Assembly (NCBI GenBank): GCA_035911175.1 | Contig: JAMHWA010000009.1 | Span: 66,490-130,489 of the forward strand | DNA length: 64,000 nt | Source: Alphaproteobacteria bacterium | GTDB lineage: Bacteria; Pseudomonadota; Alphaproteobacteria; Rickettsiales; UBA3002 | Direction of reading: 5' to 3' | Shown here: positions 55,549 through 64,000 of the stretch, piece after piece | Numbering within the stretch: the first letter of the stretch is position 1 | Layout of the letters: each line of letters begins with the position of its first letter | The notes under the pieces: generated by a model | What the model was told of the DNA's origin: nothing | Databases searched by the model: none | Seen by the model: only the letters and a program-made list of their open reading frames with translations | Position numbers and translations under genes: made by a program

Positions 55549-56964
55549 ATGATTGTTCCGGTAATTATAGCGGGAGGTTATGGCGAGCGCTTATGGCCGC
55601 TTTCCACCCGTGAAGTTCCCAAGCCCTTTGCGCTGCGCGATGTGCGTGGGCGTAGCTTATTTCAATCCACCTTATTGCGTGTTGTGGGGCGTGAGCAATT
55701 TACGGCTCCGGTAGTGGTTTGTAATAGGGCGCACCGCCTTTTAGTGATCGAGCAATTGCGGGAAGTGGGTGTCGAACATGCGACGATTATCCTTGAGCCT
55801 GAAGCGCGCAACACAGCGCCTGCCATTGCGCTCGCGGCTTTACTTTGCGATACATCTTGGCCGGATGCGAGCATGTTGGTGATGCCAGCCGACCACCAAA
55901 TTGATGAGCCACACATGTTATTGGCAGCTCTTAAACAGGCCGAATTTGCCACTCAGGGCGGTCATATTGTTACCTTCGCGGTGGAGCCAACTGCGGCTGA
56001 AACGGGCTATGGCTACATTCAGCGCGGTACGCCGATGAAGGGGCACGAAAAAATATGTGCTATCGAGCGCTTCATTGAGAAGCCCGAGCGCGAAGTGGCG
56101 GAGCGCTTAGTGCAATCGGGTGAATATGGCTGGAATAGTGGTCTGTTCATGATGAAGGCGAGTGTGGTGTTAAAGGAATATGAGCAGCTTGCACCCGATA
56201 TGCTATTGGCCTGCGCGGACGCCTACACGGCCAGCAAGCGGGATGAAGATTGCCTAGAGGTCGATGTGCATGCGTTTTCACGCATACGCGGGGGTGCTTT
56301 CGACCGCGTGATTATGGAGCGCACAAAGCGCGGGGCGGTAATGAATGTGGCGATGGGGTGGCGTGACCTCGGCAGTTGGGATGCCTTGCACGAAGTGGCA
56401 ATAAAAGACGCGCATGGAAATGCTGTGACTGGCGATGCTGTGCTGAAGGATGTTAGGGGGTGCCATATCTATACCGATGGCATGCCCGTCCATGCAATTG
56501 GCCTAGAAAATATGCTAGTGGTGGCCGCGCATGGGCAGTTGATGGTGGCGCCACAGCAGCGCGCAAATGAGGCTATGCTTGCACATCAAGAGGCTTCGGC
56601 TGTGCTGGCTCGTGAGGATGTGAAACAGCGCCCATGGGGTTGTTTTCAGGTGGTCGAAACAGGTGCGCATTATCAGGTGAAGCAGCTCACTGTGCGCCCA
56701 AGAGGGAAAATTTCACTGCAACGGCACACTAAACGCTCCGAGCATTGAGTGGTGGTGCGCGGCATTGCGCAGGTAACGCGTGGGCAAGAGCAGTTTATGC
56801 TCTATGAAAATCAATCAACGTTCATTCCCGCGGGTGAAATTCACCGCCTTGAAAATCCGACGGATGAACCGCTCATCATTATCGAGGTGCAGACGGGCAG
56901 CTATCTCGGCGAGGACGATATAGAGCGGTTCGAAGATATTTCCGTGCCTACCGTAAGCCCATAA
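55549..56964 (+). pseudogene. manC: Mannose-1-phosphate guanylyltransferase / mannose-6-phosphate isomerase, interrupted by an in-frame TGA at 56746-56748
   Basis: PVIIAGGYGERLWPLS N-terminus. Track ORFs 55549-56748 and 56749-56964 are contiguous in one frame, reading LQRHTKRSEH*VVVRGIAQV. E. coli CpsB has HHRAEHWVVVAGTA, so the TGA replaces the conserved Trp (TGG). Confidence 0.9.
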
Positions 56965-56994
56965 AAAAAGGCGACCCCTAAGGATCGCCTTTTC
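56963..56994. terminator. Bidirectional terminator hairpin between manC and the MFS gene
   Basis: AAAAAAA-GGCGACCCCTAAGGATCGCC-TTTT; the stem is flanked by an A-run and a T-run. Confidence 0.6.
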
Positions 56995-57010
56995 TGTTTT
57001 GGTTGGCTTT

Positions 57011-58375
57011 TTATGCCAGCGCCTCGCGCCAACGATCCTTGTAGATGACCAGCGATATGAACGAGGCAACGCCCGCTCCAATCAGCAGCCACATGATCGA
57101 CAAGTTGTTACCGGTGCCGCGAATCATCCATTCTGCCACCGATGGCGTGAAGCCACCAAGAATGGCGCAGAAATTGTAGGCCAGTGACATACCTGTGTAG
57201 CGAATAGAGGTTGGGAACATTTCCACCAACGCGGCAGGAATTGGGCCCAAGTACCAGCCCAAAATCAAGGCGAGGATGACTTGGCCTAGCAATACCTTGC
57301 TGAAGGTGGCTGCCTGATCGATAACAGTGACGGCAACCTCTTTGGATTCCCCAGTCGTTTTATCTACTATCGTTTGCATTTCGACATGGCTGACAAGGCC
57401 CGATTGCATCAGCGATAGGGCTGGATATGCCAGTACAATCATTGCTACGGTGGCCATCAACAGTACGCGCTTGCGGCCAATTTTATCGGCCAAGCGGGCA
57501 GCAGGGTAGATGGTGATCAACATGGAAGCCATCGCCAACGAGTTAATGAGGAGTGCATCGTCCTCATCCAACCCAAGGTGGTTTTTAGTGTAGGCAATCA
57601 TGTAGATGGCAATGGTGTAGAAAGGAATGGTCACGAAGATATAGGCCATAAACGCCTGAAGCATTTTGAGTGGATGCTTGCAGAACGTATCCTTCACAGG
57701 CGACTGCGAAATGGTGCCGTTCTTCTTGGCTTCTTCGTAGACAGGGCTTTCTTCGCCATGATTACGGATGTAGAAGCCAACAAAACCAATGCCCACGCCA
57801 ACAAAGAAGGGCAAGCGCCAGCCCCAGCTATAGAAATCCTCGGGGCTGAGTACGGAAGCGACAACAGTCGATACAATCGAGCCAAACAAGAAGCCAATCA
57901 CAAGGCTGAGTTTGATGACGCTACCCACGGTGGAGCGTTGATCTGGCGGGGCATGCTCGACCACATAGGAGATGGAGCCAGAATAGGCACCGCCGAGGGA
58001 AAGACCCTGTAAAATGCGGATAAGCGTGAGCAAAATGGGAGCAGCAATGCCGATGGTTTCGTAGCTAGGGAGCAAACCGATACAGCCTGTGGGCACCGCC
58101 ATCAGCATCATGGATGCGGTGAGCGCCTTTTTGCGGCCATATTTATCCCCAATCCGACCAAAAATGATGGCGCCAAGGGGACGAGAAACGAAGCCCGAGG
58201 CAAAAATGAGGAGGGTGAGAATGAGGTTTTTGCCCGCGTCACCTGCTGGGAAAAAGAGCTGCGAGAACACAATCGCCATGTGGCCATAAAGGGCGTAATC
58301 GTACCATTCTAGCCCGTTTCCGAGCATGCCAGAGATGATGACCTTGCGTTTTTCTTTTCCGCCCATGAATGCCAT
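57011..58375 (-). CDS. MFS transporter, metabolite:H+ symporter (ProP-like) family
   Basis: GNGLEWYDYALYGHMAIVFSQLFFP and GRIGDKYGRKK motifs; 12 TM helices. Confidence 0.85.
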   Translation of the reverse strand: MAFMGGKEKRKVIISGMLGNGLEWYDYALYGHMAIVFSQLFFPAGDAGKNLILTLLIFASGFVSRPLGAIIFGRIGDKYGRKKALTASMMLMAVPTGCIGLLPSYETIGIAAPILLTLIRILQGLSLGGAYSGSISYVVEHAPPDQRSTVGSVIKLSLVIGFLFGSIVSTVVASVLSPEDFYSWGWRLPFFVGVGIGFVGFYIRNHGEESPVYEEAKKNGTISQSPVKDTFCKHPLKMLQAFMAYIFVTIPFYTIAIYMIAYTKNHLGLDEDDALLINSLAMASMLITIYPAARLADKIGRKRVLLMATVAMIVLAYPALSLMQSGLVSHVEMQTIVDKTTGESKEVAVTVIDQAATFSKVLLGQVILALILGWYLGPIPAALVEMFPTSIRYTGMSLAYNFCAILGGFTPSVAEWMIRGTGNNLSIMWLLIGAGVASFISLVIYKDRWREALA

Positions 58376-58597
58376 AATGTCCCTCGTTTTGTTTTAGTGG
58401 TGGTGGACATTACCCATAGAATCGCCAATGCCAAGCAGAAACGATGTTGCAGTGCGGTAAGATGGGGATGGGATTATTTGTATTTTAACCCAAAAATAGT
58501 GAGTTCCTGACATAAAACTGTAACAATTGTCTGGTACAAATAAGGAATAGAGGGTGCCTTGTTTTGGGCGCGTCACCGTTTTTAAAGGGATAAGCCG

Positions 58598-60121
58598 TTG
58601 GTAAAATTCGTCTACTCCGCTGGTTCGGCTATCGATGACGTTCAGGTGATTAAAAACACCACGGGCGGACTGAGAGCGTATGTTCATGCGGCGGCGACTG
58701 CTAGCCCTGATGAGTTGCAGAAAGCGAAAGGCGCTTTCGAGGCCAGTGGCTTTAAAACAGTTGCGCTAACAATTGACCATCGTCCTGTGCTTGAGGTGCG
58801 TGGGTTCACGAAGCCACGCGAAATTACTCAAGCGCTAATGAATGCGCACGTGATTACAGGTGTCGACAAAATTCAGCATGAGGTAGGTGATAAAAAATCT
58901 AGCCGTGAGAAATTACGCAACGCAACGCTTAGCTTGGCTGGCCTTTCGTACAATGCCGGTGATGTTGGCTACATGGCCTATGCGTTACAAAAATATGACA
59001 TGCATAATAAGCCACTGCACACTCTTGATGCGACATTGCATGCGGATCAGAAGATGCAGAATTTTTTCAACCACATGGATATTGTGGCAGGGGCTGGTTA
59101 TGCGGTGGGTAGTTTAGCGTTGACGCGCTATGGGCACAGCGACCGCTCGCAGGTATTAATTGAGAATAATGCAAAAAAGATAAAGGGCTACTTAGCTGAG
59201 AATGGTGTCGAGGTTCCTAAAGATTCAATGCTTGCTGAGAACAGCAAGGAAAAGAAACAGGGGTTTTTTGGCAGAATTGACAGTTTCTGTAGAAAATATC
59301 CTTCTGAAGTGTTCAACGGCATCTATATTTTTGTAGGAATTTTTCTGGGGGCGTCAGCAGCGTATCGTGCGGTACGTGCACACACGCTTGCGCACGCGAA
59401 TCCATTGAAAGTTAATAAAGAGCTGCTCGATACTGCAAAAATTGAGGCGTTGGACGTTGGTTTGGGAGCGATGACGTTTGCATCCGCGCTCACTGGGTTG
59501 GCAGTTAAAGAGCGTAAAATTGAGCCCGAAGAACGCCGCCATGGCCTTGGCAAAATTCTTGATTGGATTGAAGAAAAGCCGTTGCGTGCTACGGGGCTGG
59601 GTTATGCTATTTCAACAGCTTTTCATGGTTACAGTACCTACAAAAACATAAAAGCGGGCGATTTGGTAGCAAAGAAAACGTTCGTCGGTCGTGGCGTATT
59701 TGTGGCGTCCAACGTATTATCGGAGGGCTTGCTTTTTGTTTCTTCAAAAGGCCATGGCGATGGCGTGAAGCCTGACAAGAGCGTCGACCAAACCGTGATT
59801 GCAGCGACAGCAGAGCTTATTTACAAGCAGCCTGAGGCCGCACGCAAGGAGCTGACCGAGCGTTTGGCTGGCTACATGGCGTCGAACGAAGTGCTGGATG
59901 GTAAAGCGGAAGATATTGCCGCGCGGCTCAATGCCCATGTCGCTGGGTTTGCGAGCAACCCTTGGCTGCCGCCTGCCGCTCGGTTGGCTCAGCCTTCTGC
60001 ATCTGAGGCGCTAGCAGTGACTGCTCCTAAGCCTACTCACGCTCCTAGCACTCAGATTACAGGATATAAGGAGCATCATGCTGCGATTGCTCTTCAACCC
60101 GCCGCAGCGCTGGCGCACTAG
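58598..60121 (+). CDS. Hypothetical membrane protein with about six Gly/Ala/Ser-rich helices; no recognised family
   Basis: 507-aa ORF from TTG, with AAGGGA 8 nt upstream. It has an N-terminal soluble region of about 110 aa, then repeated small-residue helices each followed by aromatic and basic residues. Confidence 0.55.
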   Translation: MVKFVYSAGSAIDDVQVIKNTTGGLRAYVHAAATASPDELQKAKGAFEASGFKTVALTIDHRPVLEVRGFTKPREITQALMNAHVITGVDKIQHEVGDKKSSREKLRNATLSLAGLSYNAGDVGYMAYALQKYDMHNKPLHTLDATLHADQKMQNFFNHMDIVAGAGYAVGSLALTRYGHSDRSQVLIENNAKKIKGYLAENGVEVPKDSMLAENSKEKKQGFFGRIDSFCRKYPSEVFNGIYIFVGIFLGASAAYRAVRAHTLAHANPLKVNKELLDTAKIEALDVGLGAMTFASALTGLAVKERKIEPEERRHGLGKILDWIEEKPLRATGLGYAISTAFHGYSTYKNIKAGDLVAKKTFVGRGVFVASNVLSEGLLFVSSKGHGDGVKPDKSVDQTVIAATAELIYKQPEAARKELTERLAGYMASNEVLDGKAEDIAARLNAHVAGFASNPWLPPAARLAQPSASEALAVTAPKPTHAPSTQITGYKEHHAAIALQPAAALAH

Positions 60122-60245
60122 CGAAAATGTTACATTACACGTAAATGTAGGCGGTGGCCTTGCCCGCGAGGCGGTTTCGTTTGCCCGTGGTGCCAAAACT
60201 TGCTCAGGTTAAGGGATATCTCACCCCTTGCGCGCGTTAGGTCGT

Positions 60246-61397
60246 ATGTCTGCTCATTTGGCGTTTCCGGATCGCGATAAGCCGCTGCATTTGCTGGTGG
60301 TGGATGATCAGGATTTTGACCGCGCGATGGTTTGCGCGCGCCTGCGCGAGGTTGCGCCTGCTGACACGATCATTGTTGAGGCATCCTGTGGTGAGGAAGC
60401 GCTTGCCACCATCAAAAATACGGCTGCCCGATTCGATTGCGTGCTGCTCGATATGAACTTGCCCGATATTCATGGGGCAGAGCTAACGCCTATGCTGCTG
60501 GGGCTGCAAAAAGACCTCAGCATTGTGATGATCACGGTTGAAGCGGATATGGACAAAGCGCTGGCTTGCCTGAAAGCTGGGGCGCAGGATTTCCTTATCA
60601 AGGGGGAATACAGTAATGCGGGCCTCTACCGCGCCGTGCGTTATGCCATGCAACGCCAAACGGCAGCGATGGAGAACATCCGCCTGAGTGCAGAGTTGGA
60701 GCGCGAGCGCGAAGTAAGCGCCATGCAGAAGGATTTTATCCACCTTGTGAGCCATGAATTCCGCACGCCGTTGGCGATTATCTCGGGCGCGATGCAAATG
60801 CTGGCGGCCAAAGCACCTGAATTAAAGGAAGGTATTGGAGCGCCGCAATTTGCTAAAGTGAATGCGGCCATTGTGCGCTTGGTGGGCTTGCTGGACAACG
60901 TGCTGCGCCTGAGCCAAGTGGAGGAGGGCAAAGAGGTGTTTGTCCCCGTGATGTTCGATATGCGCGAAGCCTTGCAGCTGGTGGCCGAAAATTTCGACGC
61001 CAACCGCCTTGAGATTGCCGATGCGGCGATGCCTGTGCACTATTTTGGTGACCAACGTCTGGTGGAATATGCCATTCATAATGTCGTCGGGAATGCCATC
61101 AAATATTCGCCAGCAGAGGCGAGGGTTTCAATTGTCATCCATACCTTGCCGCACGCTATCGAGATGGTGGTGACGGATAAGGGTGCCGGTATGTCGGCGG
61201 ATATGATTGCCCGCGCGGGCGAGAAATTTCACCGCGATAGCAAAACTTCGCACATCGAGGGGACAGGGCTTGGCATTCACCTCGCTAAGCGATTCATGGA
61301 GTTTCATGGCGGCTCGCTGGTCTTTGAAAGTGAAGTGGGGCAAGGCACCACGGTGCGCATGGTGTTTCCGTATGAAGCCACTGCATTGGTGAGTTAG
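60246..61397 (+). CDS. Hybrid receiver-histidine kinase (REC-HisKA-HATPase_c), no sensor or TM domain
   Basis: REC: LLVVDDQDFD, VLLDMNLPD, FLIKG. H-box HLVSHEFRTPL. N-box HNVVGNAIKYS. G-boxes DKGAGM and GTGLGI. Confidence 0.88.
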   Translation: MSAHLAFPDRDKPLHLLVVDDQDFDRAMVCARLREVAPADTIIVEASCGEEALATIKNTAARFDCVLLDMNLPDIHGAELTPMLLGLQKDLSIVMITVEADMDKALACLKAGAQDFLIKGEYSNAGLYRAVRYAMQRQTAAMENIRLSAELEREREVSAMQKDFIHLVSHEFRTPLAIISGAMQMLAAKAPELKEGIGAPQFAKVNAAIVRLVGLLDNVLRLSQVEEGKEVFVPVMFDMREALQLVAENFDANRLEIADAAMPVHYFGDQRLVEYAIHNVVGNAIKYSPAEARVSIVIHTLPHAIEMVVTDKGAGMSADMIARAGEKFHRDSKTSHIEGTGLGIHLAKRFMEFHGGSLVFESEVGQGTTVRMVFPYEATALVS

Positions 61398-61469
61398 CCG
61401 TGCTCCTTGCTTGACGTGCGCGAAGCTGCATCCTAAACAACGGCATTCATTATTCTGGGAGTTCTACCT

Positions 61470-62735
61470 ATGTCGCGTATTCGTTCGTTTATTGCCCGTG
61501 AGATTCTTGATAGCCGTGGCAACCCCACCATTGAGGTGGACGCTATTTTGGAAAACGGCGTGGTTGGCCGTGCAGCGGTGCCATCGGGCGCATCCACAGG
61601 CAGTAAAGAAGCGCTGGAGCTGCGCGATGGTGAAGCGCGCTATAACGGCAAAGGCGTGCTCAACGCGGTGGCCAATGTAGAAGCGCTGGGTGAAAAATTT
61701 CGTGGCATGAACGCGATGGAGCAAGTGATTTTTGACGAAGAACTTATCGCGTTTGATGGTTCGCCTACCAAATCGACCTTTGGTGCGAATGCGCTGCTGG
61801 GTATGTCGTTGGCACTGGCCAAGGCGGCGGCACAAACGGCTGGATTGCCTCTGTTTCGCTATGTGGGCGGTGCATCGGCAAGTGTATTGCCTGTGCCGAT
61901 GATGAACATCATCAATGGTGGTGCGCATGCGGATAACCCCATCGATATTCAAGAATTCATGATCATGCCGGTCTCGGCCTATAATTTTGCGGGTGCTGTG
62001 CGTATGGGCGCGGAAGTGTTCCATGCCCTTAAAAAGCAACTGAAGGATGCGGGCCACAACACCGGCATTGGCGATGAAGGCGGCTTTGCGCCTAATTTGC
62101 GCAGCGCCGAAGAAGCATGCAGTTTTATTTGTAAGGCCATTGAAGCGGCGGGTTACAAGCCCGGTGTGGATGTGACGCTAGCGCTAGATGCAGCAAGCAC
62201 CGAGTTTTACAAGAACGGCAAATATGAGTTGGCGGGTGAAGGTAAATCGCTCGATGTGGATGGACTGATTGGCTACTACACGAAGCTGGTGGAGCAGTTC
62301 CCCATCACCTCGATTGAAGATGCGTGCAGTGAAGAAGATGAGGCAGGTTGGGCTGCGATGACCGCTGCGCTAGGAAAGAAAATACAGTTGGTGGGCGATG
62401 ATTTGTTCGTAACGAATCCAGCTATTCTGGCAGACGGCATTAAAAAAGGTTTGGCCAACGCGCTGTTGGTTAAAGTGAACCAGATCGGTACGCTGACGGA
62501 AACCATGCATGCGGTGGAAATGGCGCACCGTGCGGGCTACCGCGCGGTCATGAGCCACCGTAGTGGCGAGACAGAAGACACCACCATTGCCCACCTTGCT
62601 GTGGCCACCAATTGCGGCCAAATCAAGACGGGCGCGCCCTGCCGCACGGATCGCACCGCGAAATATAACGAGCTGATTCGTATTGAAGAGATGCTTGGTA
62701 ATAGCGGTATTTATGGTGAGCGCAGACTCGGTTAG
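61470..62735 (+). CDS. eno: Enolase
   Basis: [21 protein letters not shown]; [18 protein letters not shown]. Confidence 0.97.
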   Translation: MSRIRSFIAREILDSRGNPTIEVDAILENGVVGRAAVPSGASTGSKEALELRDGEARYNGKGVLNAVANVEALGEKFRGMNAMEQVIFDEELIAFDGSPTKSTFGANALLGMSLALAKAAAQTAGLPLFRYVGGASASVLPVPMMNIINGGAHADNPIDIQEFMIMPVSAYNFAGAVRMGAEVFHALKKQLKDAGHNTGIGDEGGFAPNLRSAEEACSFICKAIEAAGYKPGVDVTLALDAASTEFYKNGKYELAGEGKSLDVDGLIGYYTKLVEQFPITSIEDACSEEDEAGWAAMTAALGKKIQLVGDDLFVTNPAILADGIKKGLANALLVKVNQIGTLTETMHAVEMAHRAGYRAVMSHRSGETEDTTIAHLAVATNCGQIKTGAPCRTDRTAKYNELIRIEEMLGNSGIYGERRLG

Positions 62736-62916
62736 AGCAACCTGTTGCGCACAATCCTCAGCCGCGTGAAAAGCGAAAAGTTGGGCGAAAAACGCTGTAA
62801 CTGACGGCGCTAAACTGCTATAACATCTGGATTATGTTTCGTGAATTGTCGTTCAGTGATTTGGATGGCCGTTCAAGAATAGTCGTTAAACTGAGTCCAG
62901 CAGGAGTGGCGCGCCC

Positions 62917-63234
62917 ATGATGGTGCGTGTGAAAAAGCAGGCGCTTACCCCGATGCGGTTGATGAAACCGTTGATGTGGATGTTTGTGGCGTTTTACATG
63001 GGCTATCACATGCTGCACGGTGAACGCGGGCTTTATGCCCTCATGCGCGACAAACGCGAATTGACGCGGCTGGAGCAAGAGCTGGCAGCCAGTAAAACCG
63101 AACGCGAGAAAATGGAATTACGCGTGAGTCACCTTCGTGATGGCTCGCTTGATCGTGATTTGCTGGACGAGCAAATGCGCCGCATGATGGGCGTAATGAA
63201 AAAAGGCGAAGTGGTGGTGTTGAGCGATTCTTAG
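62917..63234 (+). CDS. ftsB: Septum formation initiator (FtsB/DivIC family)
   Basis: One TM helix plus a coiled coil (LTRLEQELAASKTEREKMELRVSHL). It occupies the conserved position downstream of eno. Confidence 0.75.
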   Translation: MMVRVKKQALTPMRLMKPLMWMFVAFYMGYHMLHGERGLYALMRDKRELTRLEQELAASKTEREKMELRVSHLRDGSLDRDLLDEQMRRMMGVMKKGEVVVLSDS

Positions 63235-64000
63235 CGGACTCGTCTATCAGGCGCCGCAGCCTTTTCTGGTGCCGTAATACATAGCATTGTTGGGTTATGA
63301 TCGCTGATACCTTTATTATCTCTGGTAAGTGTTGGGCGGACAATTTTGCCTAAGCGCGAATGAAGTTCGCGCGATGCAAAAATATAATCAATCGTCATTG
63401 CGTTTGGGCCGTGGCCAACAGAGAAAATATTGTGCAGCTTTCCTTGCGATGCGTCGATGAGGCCAGACTTTGAAAGTGTCTCGAGTGCTTTGATGTCAAC
63501 GGGCTGATCGATACCATCGCGTAGGACGCGGTCGGCGGCATTAAAATCGCCGCAGACAATGATGTGATTGTGTTTGTGGGCGCTCTTGGAAGTGAGGTGC
63601 GTATTTATGCTATCAACAAACTGTGCCACTATTTCTGCTTGATGCTCTCGCTTGTTGAGTCGGTGTAGGTTGACGGCCCATGGCGCTGCATTGGGAGTGG
63701 CAGTCTGTGGCGTGGCATTTGCTACAAACCCATTCGATGCCAAATGCAGGTTGGTAACGAAATAATTCTCCGCTGTTTCTCTATCTCGAAAATGCGCCAC
63801 CAATGGCTTGCGTGAATCAATAAAAGCGCTGTTATCGGGGTCGATGAGAGAAGGATTCGCGTGGCGAAGTTTAAGTTGCCCGTCTTCCTCAGCAATTTCG
63901 GCAATGGGCTGCGCGTGGTTGTTTGGCTGATGGGCGGTAACGAGGATAGCTCGATCGGGCCGATAGAGGAATCCGCACCGTATGTTGGAGCCCGTCTTGC
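63231..64000 (-). CDS. Endonuclease/exonuclease/phosphatase (EEP) family protein (C-terminal part; the N-terminus is beyond the right edge)
   Basis: IIVCGDFNA and GISDHNP motifs. My reverse translation shows the frame stays open from 63803 to the window end (...NIRCGFLYRPDRAILVTAHQ...). Confidence 0.7.
   Translation of the reverse strand, partial: KTGSNIRCGFLYRPDRAILVTAHQPNNHAQPIAEIAEEDGQLKLRHANPSLIDPDNSAFIDSRKPLVAHFRDRETAENYFVTNLHLASNGFVANATPQTATPNAAPWAVNLHRLNKREHQAEIVAQFVDSINTHLTSKSAHKHNHIIVCGDFNAADRVLRDGIDQPVDIKALETLSKSGLIDASQGKLHNIFSVGHGPNAMTIDYIFASRELHSRLGKIVRPTLTRDNKGISDHNPTMLCITAPEKAAAPDRRVR

Noticed and set aside
56746-56748. UGA-to-Trp genetic-code reassignment (code 4-like), as in some reduced alphaproteobacterial symbionts.
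   Set aside because: TGA ends bioF, bioH, bioC, bioD, olsA, the glycosyltransferases and the MscS gene at the expected protein lengths, often within ATGA start/stop overlaps. The galE interruption is a TAG, not a TGA. A point nonsense mutation is the simpler explanation.
58394-58687. 97-aa minus-strand ORF in the MFS/hypothetical divergent region.
   Set aside because: It overlaps the start of the 507-aa ORF and the promoter region. Its composition is odd and it has no ribosome-binding site or motifs, so it is probably spurious.
60126-60150. Partial palindrome ATGTTACATTACACGTAAATGTAGG, sharing an ACGT core with the 20-bp palindrome at 23268.
   Set aside because: The arms are only 4-6 bp with mismatches. 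The similarity to the 23268 palindrome is limited to short AT-rich words, which is too weak.
1-64000. Scan for CRISPR arrays, tRNA/rRNA genes, transposases or integrases, toxin-antitoxin pairs and known defence-system signatures.
   Set aside because: Intergenic gaps are short (the largest are about 290 bp). None contains repeat-spacer structure or tRNA-like sequence. No ORF shows DDE, tyrosine-recombinase, nuclease-helicase or other defence-type motifs that I can recognise.

Overview
This 64-kb window looks like alphaproteobacterial chromosome. The lineage call rests on marker families: GapR/DUF2312, Ros/MucR, Alph_Pro_TM, OlsBA, a Mur-like Fur and DUF2125-like proteins. All calls come from reading the ORF translations and the DNA by eye. 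No searches were run.

Layout, left to right:
- galU fragment.
- About 15 kb of AT-richer Wzx-type exopolysaccharide (EPS) locus. It has an acyltransferase, 3-4 glycosyltransferases, a P-loop kinase-like ATPase, a GumC/Wzz protein, a beta-barrel, a Wza-like exporter, a divergent ExeA-like ATPase, an ExoY-like priming transferase, galE, pgi, a GT2 and a flippase.
- gapR, rpsU, dxs.
- An orphan 456-aa gene.
- nadA, a DUF2125-like gene, a stand-alone SdhA-like flavoprotein, nadC.
- mucR, fur, olsBA, a VanX-like dipeptidase.
- hscB-hscA-fdx, pepF.
- A complete biotin cluster (bioA, bioB, bioF-H-C-D) interrupted by a gene with an RNA polymerase alpha-CTD-like domain.
- RDD, Alph_Pro_TM, TauE and a lipoprotein.
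- tsaB, PCD, miaB-phoH.
- A synteny break with a small ORF and an operator-like repeat array.
- Deacylase-MscS operon, amtB.
- A soluble mini-MCP/Cache-like protein, a heptosyltransferase, a PhoU-like gene, manC.
- An MFS transporter, an unknown glycine-zipper membrane protein, a sensorless REC-histidine kinase.
- eno, ftsB and a partial EEP nuclease.

No rRNA, tRNA, CRISPR array, transposase, integrase or recognisable defence system was seen.

Most noteworthy observations:
- Two nucleotide-sugar genes carry single in-frame stops: galE has TAG and manC has TGA at a conserved Trp codon.
- An SdhA-type flavoprotein sits where nadB is expected.
- An alpha-CTD-like orphan lies inside the bio cluster.
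- The MucR has two of its four zinc ligands substituted.
- The EPS core resembles exosortase-type loci, but no exosortase is present in the window.
- A small REP-like palindrome family has three copies.

I found no single clear-cut novel multi-gene system. The candidates are individually modest and need database and structure searches.
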